Shown one piece after another: positions 1 to 7,670 of a DNA stretch of 26,925 nt. Numbering within the stretch: the stretch's first letter is position 1; the number at the start of each line of letters is the position of its first letter. The notes under the pieces were generated by a model. That model was not told where the DNA came from and did no database searches. It worked only from the letters and a program-made list of their open reading frames with translations. Made by a program: the position numbers and the translations under genes. Origin of the DNA: Acidimicrobiia bacterium (GTDB lineage Bacteria; Actinomycetota; Acidimicrobiia; Spongiisociales; SHLN01). The stretch is taken from assembly GCA_030623545.1 (NCBI GenBank), contig JAUXLW010000001.1:1-26925 (forward strand), in the 5' to 3' direction.

Positions 1-2271
1 CTGCTCACCAGCGCGCTGGAGGACATCGAACAACTTGGCACCAGGGGATCGGAAGTCACGGGCATCCCCACCGGGTTCCACGACCTCGACCGCAAATTGG
101 CAGGACTTCACCCCGCAAACCTCATCGTCATCGCCGCGCGGCCGTCTATGGGAAAGTGCTTGGTGGGCGAGACGCGACTTGTGGATCCGAAGACAGGTGA
201 GATAAGCACCATTCAGGAGCTCGTAGAAGACCGGGACCGGCAAGGCACATGGCACACGATCTCACTCAACGAGGCTGCTCTCCAGCTGGAGACCTCCGCA
301 CCCATCGATTTCATCGACAACGGAATGGAGGACACATTCCGCCTACGTACGAGGCTCGGACGCGAGATCGTCGCCACTGCCAACCATCCTTTCCTCACGG
401 TGCATGGTTGGAAAGACCTCGGTGAACTCGAATTGGATGATGCCATCGCAGTCCCCCGCCGGATTGACAGTTTCGGAGTCGATGAGTTGCCAGACGCCGA
501 GGTTGCTCTCCTGGGCTATCTGATCGGAGACGGCTCGTTAACCGGCCCCACCCCTCGTTTCACAACAGCGGATGACGAAATCGCCGAAGATTTTGCTCGC
601 TTTGCCGACGACCTCGGCCTCGACGTTTCCGTCACCTCGGAAGAGCGGGCCGCGCTCACATACCGGTTGAAACGACGCCGGGGGCCCTCCCAAGCAGACG
701 TGGCCGTGGCATCCAGGGTCAGCCCCGCCACCGTGAGTATCGCTCTCGGACCCGACAGCGACAGGCTCAATGAGACAACGGTCGACGCCGTGCGGAAGTC
801 CGCTGAATCCCTCGGCTATGTAAATCGAGGTCCCAGTCCCGAGAACCCGGTCATGCTGCTACTAGAGCAGCACGGTCTTGCCGGCACTACCTCCCACACC
901 AAGTTCGTGCCCCCCGCGGTCTTTCGTTTGCCAGAGCGACAGATGGCCCTCTTCTTGTCCCGCCTGTACGCAACAGATGGCTCGGCCTGGGTGCACGACA
1001 ACATGTATCGGATCGAGTACGCGACAGTTTCAGAGCGCCTCGCGCGAGACGTTCACCACCTGCTCCTTCGTTTCGGAATAAGCGCCAGGTTACGGAAGCG
1101 TCTCGTGAAATACGGGTCGGGCAGACGCCGGGCCTGGGACGTCGCGATCCAGGATCCTGCAAGTGTCAGGCGTTTTGCAGATCGGATAGGACTCTTCTCG
1201 AAGGAACCAAAACTGAGAGCAGTCGTCGAGATGGCCGACAGCCGATCACGTGATCGGGCCGCAGTCGATCTTCTTCCGATGCAAGTGTGGGAGATCATCA
1301 TGGAGGCAAAGGGAGGCCGGTCGTGGGCCGAGGTGTCCGAAGCAGCCGGTCGGCCTCGAAACCACAACTGGCACGTTCGGGCACGTAGACCATCACGTTC
1401 CCTGGCAAAGGAGCTGGCCGAAATCCTCGAGAGCTCCGAGCTTCTCACTCTTGCCGAATCCGATGTGGTGTGGGATACCGTCGTTCACATCGAGCCGGCG
1501 GGAAAACGACGGGTGTATGACTTGACCATCCCGTCTTATCACAACTTCATTGCCAACGACATCGTCGTTCACAACAGTGCCCTGGCGACGAACATCGCGC
1601 TCAACGTTGCCCGCCAGGGCCACCCGGTGGCCATCTTCACGCTCGAGATGAGCCGGGAAGAAGTGGTGCAGCGCCTGCTGTGTGCTGTCGGTCGGGTCGA
1701 TTCTCAGAAACTGAGGACCGGTCAACTCCAGGAGCAGCAGTGGCAGCGAGTGGCTCGCGCCGCCGGCGATCTTTTCGAAGCCCCGGTTTACATCGACGAC
1801 TCGGCGTCCCTCACCGTCACCGAGATCAGGGCCAAATGTCGCCGCCTCAAGCGGCAGCGCGGCCTTGGCCTTGTCGTGGTCGACTACCTCCAACTCATGA
1901 CCGGCGGCAACCGCCGTACGGAGAACCGCCAGCAAGAAATCGCCGAGATCAGCCGCAACCTCAAGAACCTGGCGCGCGAGCTGGCAGTGCCGATCATTGC
2001 CGTTTCGCAGCTCAACCGTGCTCTGGAACAGCGGCAAGACAAGCGACCGATGTTGGGCGACCTGCGCGAGTCCGGGGCCATCGAGCAGGACTCCGACGTA
2101 GTGATGTTCATCTACCGCGATGAGTACTACCACCCCGAGAATGCTGAAAATAAGGGGGTGGCCGAGGTCAACATCGCCAAACACCGCGCCGGAGCCACCG
2201 GCCGGGTCACCATGACCTTCCTGGCCGAGTTCACCCTATTCAGTGATCTGGGCCGCGACGTGGCGGTCTAG
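1..2271 (+). CDS. dnaB: Replicative DNA helicase DnaB (5'-partial, intein-containing)
   Basis: Frame 1 is open from base 1 (LLTSALEDIEQLGTRGSEVTGIPTGFHDLDRKLAGL), so the ORF-track start at 97 is not the true start. Walker A ARPSMGK|S is split by the intein. The C-extein has VVVDYLQLM, RQQEIAEISRNLK, SQLNR, DLRESGAIEQDSD and IAKHRAG. Confidence 0.98.
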   Translation: MLTSALEDIEQLGTRGSEVTGIPTGFHDLDRKLAGLHPANLIVIAARPSMGKCLVGETRLVDPKTGEISTIQELVEDRDRQGTWHTISLNEAALQLETSAPIDFIDNGMEDTFRLRTRLGREIVATANHPFLTVHGWKDLGELELDDAIAVPRRIDSFGVDELPDAEVALLGYLIGDGSLTGPTPRFTTADDEIAEDFARFADDLGLDVSVTSEERAALTYRLKRRRGPSQADVAVASRVSPATVSIALGPDSDRLNETTVDAVRKSAESLGYVNRGPSPENPVMLLLEQHGLAGTTSHTKFVPPAVFRLPERQMALFLSRLYATDGSAWVHDNMYRIEYATVSERLARDVHHLLLRFGISARLRKRLVKYGSGRRRAWDVAIQDPASVRRFADRIGLFSKEPKLRAVVEMADSRSRDRAAVDLLPMQVWEIIMEAKGGRSWAEVSEAAGRPRNHNWHVRARRPSRSLAKELAEILESSELLTLAESDVVWDTVVHIEPAGKRRVYDLTIPSYHNFIANDIVVHNSALATNIALNVARQGHPVAIFTLEMSREEVVQRLLCAVGRVDSQKLRTGQLQEQQWQRVARAAGDLFEAPVYIDDSASLTVTEIRAKCRRLKRQRGLGLVVVDYLQLMTGGNRRTENRQQEIAEISRNLKNLARELAVPIIAVSQLNRALEQRQDKRPMLGDLRESGAIEQDSDVVMFIYRDEYYHPENAENKGVAEVNIAKHRAGATGRVTMTFLAEFTLFSDLGRDVAV
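157..1575 (+). mobile_element. Class 1 intein (473 aa) with LAGLIDADG homing endonuclease, inserted in the DnaB Walker A motif
   Basis: Starts with Cys1 (CLVGET), block B TANH, block F VYDL, ends VVHN followed by Ser+1. LAGLIDADG motifs LLGYLIGDG (508-534) and FLSRLYATDG (952-981), with KFVP at 901. Confidence 0.97.
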
Positions 2272-2351
2272 CACCCCCGGTGTCCGGTCGTTGAGGCCAA
2301 TACTCAATCTGATCGGCCAGTATTGACCACGGCCCAGACGAAAGATGCTCG

Positions 2352-3041
2352 ATGCCCCAACCTGCGTTCATCCCCTACCGCCCCGATCGGGTCCCCTCGG
2401 GAGAGATCGTGGCCCGGGCCGAGCGGATCTTTGCTGAAATGGATCAACGCCGTTCGGTGCGTATGTTCAGTCCCGAGCCCGTGCCCCGTGAGGCGATTGA
2501 GTTGGCCATCCGTACGGCATCCACCGCTCCCTCCGGCGCTCACCGTCAGCCCTGGACGTTCGTTGTCATCGACGACCCGGAGAAGAAGCGGGCCATTCGA
2601 GAAGCGGCCGAAGAGGAAGAGCGCACTAACTATGAGGGCGGACGTCTCCCCGATCATTGGCTCAAAGCTCTCGAGCCACTAGGCACCGACTGGCACAAGG
2701 AGTACCTGGAAACGGCGCCGTGGATCGTGGTCATCTTCGAGCAGCGTTATGGGATTGGCCCGGATGGCGAGCAGCAGAAGAACTTCTACGTCAAGGAGAG
2801 CGTTGGCATCGCCTGTGGTTTGTTCATTGCGGCAATCCATCAGATGGGCCTGGCGACTCTCACCCATACCCCGAGCCCTATGGCGTTTCTGACGAAGCTG
2901 CTCGAACGGCCCAAGAACGAGCGACCGTTCGCTCTTCTGCCAATTGGATATCCGGCCGCCGATTGCGAGGTGCCGGACATCACCCGCAAGGATCTCAACC
3001 AGGTCATGATTGAATTCAGCGGAGAGGACGATCCGGCGTGA
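2352..3041 (+). CDS. Nitroreductase-fold protein, iodotyrosine deiodinase (IYD)-like
   Basis: RRSVRMF, APSGAHRQPWTF, EEEERTNY, DWHKEYL, YVKESVGIACG and LTHTPSPM match the IYD subfamily of FMN-dependent nitroreductases. Confidence 0.88.
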   Translation: MPQPAFIPYRPDRVPSGEIVARAERIFAEMDQRRSVRMFSPEPVPREAIELAIRTASTAPSGAHRQPWTFVVIDDPEKKRAIREAAEEEERTNYEGGRLPDHWLKALEPLGTDWHKEYLETAPWIVVIFEQRYGIGPDGEQQKNFYVKESVGIACGLFIAAIHQMGLATLTHTPSPMAFLTKLLERPKNERPFALLPIGYPAADCEVPDITRKDLNQVMIEFSGEDDPA

Positions 3042-3244
3042 AACCTGGTTGGCTTGTGGGCGGGTTGGTTGTGGTCGCCGCGGCCTGTGGGGGCGAAGAC
3101 GAGCCCGCGACAGCCGCCACCACCACCTCCACGATCGCAACCACCACCACCAAGGCCGCCACCACGACGATCGATCCGACGGTGGGCCTCGACGGCTCCG
3201 TCGTTGGCGTCCTCGACCTCGTCGACCCGGCCCTCGTTGAATGA
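3038..3244 (+). CDS. Short Thr-rich lipoprotein, probably truncated
   Basis: Signal peptide with lipobox AAAC-GG, then a Thr-rich linker and only about 23 further residues. It overlaps both neighbours by 4 bases (GTGA, ATGA). Confidence 0.6.
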   Translation: MKPGWLVGGLVVVAAACGGEDEPATAATTTSTIATTTTKAATTTIDPTVGLDGSVVGVLDLVDPALVE

Positions 3245-3627
3245 ATCCTCACCTCCGCATCGCCCGCCCGACCGACCGGCTGGATGAAATCGCCGCTATG
3301 TACCGGGAGGGCCTGGGCCTCGAAGACCTCGGGGGGTTCGAAGGCCACGACGGGTTCGACGGGGCCATGGTGGGATCTCCCGGGGGCAGCTGGCATTTGG
3401 AGTTCACTCATCACCGCGGCCGTGCAGTTACCCCCTCCCCCACTGAAGAGGACCTGCTCGTCTTCTACATTCCTGATGAGGGGGAGTGGACTGCGGCCTG
3501 CCGGCAGATGGTGGCTGCAGGCTTCGAAAAAGTCACCGCCTATAACCCTTACTGGGATCAGCACGGACAGACGTTTCAAGACCCCGACGGTTACCGGGTC
3601 GTACTGGCAAAGAGAGCCTGGAACTAG
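3241..3627 (+). CDS. VOC/glyoxalase family protein (YycE-like)
   Basis: HLRIARPTDRL, GFEGHDGFDG, WHLEFT, LLVFY, NPYW, FQDPDGYRVVL. Confidence 0.9.
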   Translation: MNPHLRIARPTDRLDEIAAMYREGLGLEDLGGFEGHDGFDGAMVGSPGGSWHLEFTHHRGRAVTPSPTEEDLLVFYIPDEGEWTAACRQMVAAGFEKVTAYNPYWDQHGQTFQDPDGYRVVLAKRAWN

Positions 3628-4028
3628 TCGACGCGTTGGCTGATCTCGAAGAGGTGCCCATCGGGATCACGGAAGAAGCACCTGATCTCCGCTCCCCAGT
3701 CGTAAGGGGGCGTCAGGAATTCGGCCCCCCGCCCGTTCAGAATCTCATAGGCCTCCTGGCAGTCCTCAACCCGGATGGTGAATGAGTGGTTGACCGCGCC
3801 GGGCTCGGCCGGGGCCGACATGGCTAGTCCGGGCTTGTCGGCCGTGGGCTCACCGCCTTCAACCAACAACAACCACACGCCGTTGAAAGTGAAGACTGCT
3901 GAGGTTCCATAAGAGCGGTAGAGCTCGGCACCGAGCACATCTCCATACCAGGCTGTCGATGCCTGCGGATCACTCACCACCAAGATGTGAGTCAGAGCCA
4001 TATCCGGGGTAGGAAACTCGCCTGCCAT
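3624..4028 (-). CDS. VOC/glyoxalase family protein
   Basis: THILVVSD...WYGDVLG, and C-terminal FFRDPDGHLFEI. Confidence 0.9.
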   Translation of the reverse strand: MAGEFPTPDMALTHILVVSDPQASTAWYGDVLGAELYRSYGTSAVFTFNGVWLLLVEGGEPTADKPGLAMSAPAEPGAVNHSFTIRVEDCQEAYEILNGRGAEFLTPPYDWGAEIRCFFRDPDGHLFEISQRVD

Positions 4029-4108
4029 CTACCAAAGCTAGCTCGCCTCCCGGAGGGTGCTTCGTGGTACGAGGCCTACCCCGGCGCTATTGAACATCGG
4101 CCGAATAT

Positions 4109-4140
4109 GAAAGGGCCCCATCTTGCGACAGGGCCCTTTC
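4109..4140 (-). terminator. Strong hairpin, probable intrinsic terminator on the minus strand
   Basis: Minus-strand RNA GAAAGGGCCC-UGUC-GCAA-GAUG-GGGCCCUUUC forms a 14-bp stem with a GNRA tetraloop. Two G-U pairs form only on the minus strand. Confidence 0.6.
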
Positions 4141-4300
4141 GATCCGATCCGCGAGCTGAGGAGGAGTCCAAGGAAGGGAGTTACTCCACAACGGAGATGG
4201 ACTGTCGCCGACCGAATCAACTAAAGATTTCGGCATCGGCGGAGGGGGCCTTGAGAAATTCGCCGCCAATCAGGGGGTGTCCCCTAAGTAGTCTGCCCCG

Positions 4301-5176
4301 ATGTCACCTCGCCTATGGCCGACACTGGTCCTATCGTCGCTGGCCGTCTCCTTCGGGATCATCCCGATAATCGTTCGCGAAGTCGAGCTCTCGAGTGAGC
4401 AGCTAGTGGCCATGAGAATCTGGCTCTCTACCTTCTTCTTCTTCGGGCTGATGCTCCTCCGTGGTCAACGACGGCTCCCGGCGACCTCGCGGGGGCGGAT
4501 ACTCATCACCGGTTTGCTGCTCCCGGTGCACTGGTTCACTTTTTTTCGAGCTATCGAGACGACCCGAGTTCTGGTTGCGCTGGTGCTCGTATTTGTAGCT
4601 GCGCCGGCCATGACAATCGCCGCCACCAAAGTTCTCGGAGAGAAATTGCTCCTCGTCACCGGCCTGGCCGTCCTCGGCGGCTTCATCGGCGCCGCGGTTG
4701 CGGTGGACCCTTCCAACGGTGCCACTACGGAGGGAGTCCTGTGGGCGTTGCTTTCCGGGGCGTTGTTGGCAGTCTTGCTTCTGACTGTGAAGCCGGGGGT
4801 CGCCGACCTTGGCGCTCTCCAGTTCGGCGCATGGCAAGCGCTGGTGGCGGCCCTGGTGACGGTGCCGTGGGCGGTGGCAGCCATACCCAACGTCGATGGA
4901 GATCTCCCGCTCGTGCTTCTTCTCGGCGTAGGCCTCACCGGGCTTTCCGGACTGATCTTCCTCACGGCTATGCACAGGATCCCGGTTTCTCAGCTCGGTT
5001 CAATCATGTACCTCGAGCCCATGGCGGCGGTGGTTGCCGCCGCGGTGATACTCAATGAAGACCCCGGCCTTCGGGGCTGGATCGGCGTAGCGCTGGTCAT
5101 CTTGTTCGGGCTCGTGGTCGCCTGGTCAAACGAACGGGCCGCCCGGACAACTGCCGAAGTCGCGGCCGGACTCTGA
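4301..5176 (+). CDS. DMT/EamA family transporter
   Basis: About 10 hydrophobic segments in two repeats; second-repeat motif YLEPMAAV. Confidence 0.9.
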   Translation: MSPRLWPTLVLSSLAVSFGIIPIIVREVELSSEQLVAMRIWLSTFFFFGLMLLRGQRRLPATSRGRILITGLLLPVHWFTFFRAIETTRVLVALVLVFVAAPAMTIAATKVLGEKLLLVTGLAVLGGFIGAAVAVDPSNGATTEGVLWALLSGALLAVLLLTVKPGVADLGALQFGAWQALVAALVTVPWAVAAIPNVDGDLPLVLLLGVGLTGLSGLIFLTAMHRIPVSQLGSIMYLEPMAAVVAAAVILNEDPGLRGWIGVALVILFGLVVAWSNERAARTTAEVAAGL

Positions 5177-5191
5177 CACATGGGATCCGGG

Positions 5192-5641
5192 CTACGAGGA
5201 AGCTGAGCTTTCCAAGACTTCTTTGAGCCGCGCCAGTCTGGCGTCCCAGATCTTCTGGCCCTGCCGGGCGAAAAGGGGTTCTAGCAATCTCAACGGCCCT
5301 CGACCGCTGGCCCCCCCGTCGGCTGTTACCAGCGTTCCTGCCTCAGTGTCGTCGAACGTAACGCTCATGGTCAGAGTCATCGGCCCCGCCTTGACCTCGG
5401 CCGCGATCCTATGGTTGGGCTCGACGGCCGTGAAAATCAAAGATGTCTTTCGCCGCTTCCCCATCACGTGTTGAACCTGCTGGAAGGTAGTCCCGGCACC
5501 AATGGGTCCGTCGGTCGTTTTTTGAGCGGATTCGAGGTCGGGGGCCCATTCCGGACCATTGCTCGGGAGATCAAGAATGTATGAAAAGACGTCTTCCACC
5601 GGTCGCCCGACGACCACCGAAGAATTTACCGTGGCTGCCAT
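5192..5641 (-). CDS. SRPBCC (polyketide cyclase/dehydrase-like) family protein
   Basis: VGRPVEDVFSYI...NGPEW, GPIGAGTTF, VEPNHRI, terminal helix ARLKEVLES. Confidence 0.85.
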   Translation of the reverse strand: MAATVNSSVVVGRPVEDVFSYILDLPSNGPEWAPDLESAQKTTDGPIGAGTTFQQVQHVMGKRRKTSLIFTAVEPNHRIAAEVKAGPMTLTMSVTFDDTEAGTLVTADGGASGRGPLRLLEPLFARQGQKIWDARLARLKEVLESSASS

Positions 5642-5744
5642 GCAGAACTTCCCTTCAACGGAGGGGCCGTCGTACTCCCCTCTTTCTCAGTGAGGAAAGA
5701 TCATGGCATAGAGGGGTTCTCATCGGCAACCGCTCTCTGCGCTT

Positions 5745-6308
5745 CTACTCGAAGTCCTGGTGAATCCGACTCGGGGTGGGCCCCCGCTGACCCTGGTATT
5801 TCGAGCCCGCCGCCTTGCTTCCGTAGGGATTGTCGGCGGGCGTTGATAGCTCATAGAACGACACCTGCCCGATCCTCATCCCCGGATAGATGGCGATGGG
5901 GAGATTTGCGACATTGGACAGTTCGAGAGTTATGTGCCCGGAAAACCCTGGATCTATGAACCCGGCCGTGGAATGAATGAGGAGGCCGAGACGGCCCAGG
6001 CTGGATTTCCCTTCGAGACGGGCGACAACATCGTCCGCCAGAGTGATGGCCTCCAACGTCGATCCGAGAACGAACTCCCCGGGGTGAAGTATGAAGGGAT
6101 GGTCCTCGTCGGCTTCAACTTCCGTCGTGAGATCGGGTTGCGGTGTTCGGGGGTCAATGAACGAATAGCGGTGGTTTTCGAAGGTTCGAAAATAGGAGTC
6201 GACCCGAACGTCGATACTCGACGGTTGAATGTTGGCTTCAACCAGCGGGTCGATTTGGATCCGCTTCTCGGCGAAAGCTTCCTTCATTGTGCGGTCCGAA
6301 AAGATCAC
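5745..6308 (-). CDS. dcd: dCTP deaminase
   Basis: [61 protein letters not shown]. Confidence 0.96.
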   Translation of the reverse strand: MIFSDRTMKEAFAEKRIQIDPLVEANIQPSSIDVRVDSYFRTFENHRYSFIDPRTPQPDLTTEVEADEDHPFILHPGEFVLGSTLEAITLADDVVARLEGKSSLGRLGLLIHSTAGFIDPGFSGHITLELSNVANLPIAIYPGMRIGQVSFYELSTPADNPYGSKAAGSKYQGQRGPTPSRIHQDFE

Positions 6309-6328
6309 GGCTACTCCGCTGTGGTGTG

Positions 6329-6399
6329 AGCGGGTGAGGGGAATCGGACCCCCGTTCCGAGCTTGGGAAGCTCGTGTTCTACCACTGAACTACACCCGC
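6329..6399 (-). tRNA. tRNA-Gly (anticodon CCC), CCA end not encoded
   Basis: Cloverleaf GCGGGTG-TA-GTTC-AGTGGTA-GAAC-A-CGAGC-TTCCCAA-GCTCG-GAAC-GGGGG-TCCGATT-CCCCT-CACCCGC-T, with U73 discriminator typical of Gly. Confidence 0.95.
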
Positions 6400-6409
6400 G
6401 AAGGCCGCC

Positions 6410-6415
6410 AGCTTA
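6410..6415 (-). promoter_or_regulatory. Putative -10 element (TAAGCT) for the tRNA-Gly/dcd transcript
   Basis: TANNNT hexamer 10 nt upstream of the tRNA 5' end. Confidence 0.45.
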
Positions 6416-6609
6416 CCCCCGGCGATGACCAGCTTGACCTCAGATGCCGTGCCGGTTCTGGAGTTGCCGCCACTTCGTCCACATATCCTTCACCGGGCGG
6501 TCAAGAGAGTCGGATGGCGTGGCGCTTTAGGAGACCCCGTCCGATCCAGCGTCATAGGTGAAGCATCACGCTCCGCTTTAGCATTCAGCGTCCCCGGCCA
6601 GGCAGGCGA

Positions 6610-6819
6610 ATGGACCTATTCGATATTCAGGCGCTCTTTCCCGAGCTGGTGTTGGCGCTGGGCGCGGCTCTCGTCGGGGGAAATGGTCTTGCCCTCTGGC
6701 AAGAGCGCCGGGGGAATCGGCCGGCCGGCGCCCCGCAACTCCGGGCCGGGCGGGCCAGGTTTCTAATGGCGGTGGGGCTGGTTATGGCAGTGTGGGGCCT
6801 GGCGACACTCATCACCTGA
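6610..6819 (+). CDS. Small two-TM membrane protein, hypothetical
   Basis: Two hydrophobic segments with a basic loop, GC-rich third positions, and in tandem with the downstream gene. Confidence 0.7.
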   Translation: MDLFDIQALFPELVLALGAALVGGNGLALWQERRGNRPAGAPQLRAGRARFLMAVGLVMAVWGLATLIT

Positions 6820-6843
6820 GCGGTGGACCGGTACCCTCCACAG

Positions 6844-7656
6844 GTGCGCAAGCTTCTTCTCGTCGTCTCGGCCCTCGCTTTCGTCCTCACGGCTTGCCGG
6901 GCAGAATCGGTAACCCGGGTGCGGATCGATCCGAGCGGTACCACAACGGTGATCTCCGAGATCGCCTTCGACGATGAGGCCCTCGCGGTGATCGGCAATA
7001 GAGGCGAAGACCCCGAAGATGTGCTCCGGGCGCTTTCCGAGATCATCGATCCTTCGGCGCTCCCGGTCGCGGGTGAAGGTTCCGACGTGGAGCAGTTTGA
7101 AAGAGACGACCTCAAGGGCGTGCGCGTGACCGTCGAAGGCCTCGACCCCACCCAGGTCACCGAGCGGGTTGCCTCGGGCAGAAGCATTCTCGACTTCGTG
7201 ACGATCGGCGTGGAAGACGGCGTTCTCCTGGTAGCGGGCCGGACTCGCGATATCCCCGCCATCGAGCGGGAGACCTTCTCGACGCTGGCCGGGGGTGACA
7301 TCTCCTCAGTTCTCGATCTCGTGCTGCAGGTGGAGGTCCCCGGCACCGTGACCGACCACAATGCCGATCGGATCGTGGACGGCAGCCTGCTCGAATGGGA
7401 TTTGTTGCCGGCCCTGACCCAGGGCAAGCGCATCAACGTCTTCGTCGAAGCCACGGTGGATCCCGATTTCCAGTTCATTGACCTGGCAGGCAAACCCTTT
7501 GCCGAGACACCACCGATCGAGTCGGAGCCAGGAATCTCGCTGTGGCCGGTAGTGCTGGCCATCGCCGTCGCCGTCCTCGTCTCAGTGTTGATCATCCGCC
7601 GAATGCAAGCCAGGTCCCGTCTGAGTGATATCGAGGGCTTCACTCCCCGTAGGTAG
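6844..7656 (+). CDS. LppM/DUF3153-like lipoprotein with C-terminal TM anchor
   Basis: GTG start gives MRKLLLVVSALAFVLTAC (lipobox). VEVPGTVTDHNAD...LLEWDL motif, then a C-terminal TM and basic tail. An alternative start at 6823 is possible. Confidence 0.75.
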   Translation: MRKLLLVVSALAFVLTACRAESVTRVRIDPSGTTTVISEIAFDDEALAVIGNRGEDPEDVLRALSEIIDPSALPVAGEGSDVEQFERDDLKGVRVTVEGLDPTQVTERVASGRSILDFVTIGVEDGVLLVAGRTRDIPAIERETFSTLAGGDISSVLDLVLQVEVPGTVTDHNADRIVDGSLLEWDLLPALTQGKRINVFVEATVDPDFQFIDLAGKPFAETPPIESEPGISLWPVVLAIAVAVLVSVLIIRRMQARSRLSDIEGFTPRR

Positions 7657-7670
7657 GCTCGGAGGACCCC

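Noticed and set aside
3110-3170. ACC-rich tandem-like repeats (and similar GTG-rich tracts near 13465-13565)
   Set aside because: These encode poly-Thr linkers; they are not a CRISPR array or a DNA repeat element.
5642-5744. Several short inverted repeats between dcd and the SRPBCC gene, considered as a riboswitch
   Set aside because: Stems are short or imperfect and match no riboswitch consensus I recognise; more likely a terminator or promoter.
6425-6609. Plus-strand ORF 6425-6766 (MTSLTSDAVPVLELPPLRPH...)
   Set aside because: Overlaps the better-supported 6610-6819 gene in another frame, has mixed codon usage and no motif; cannot be supported without a homology search.
6300-6610. tRNA-Gly as a possible integration site for a genomic island
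   Set aside because: No integrase, no duplicated tRNA 3' end found in the window, and the flanking genes are housekeeping.
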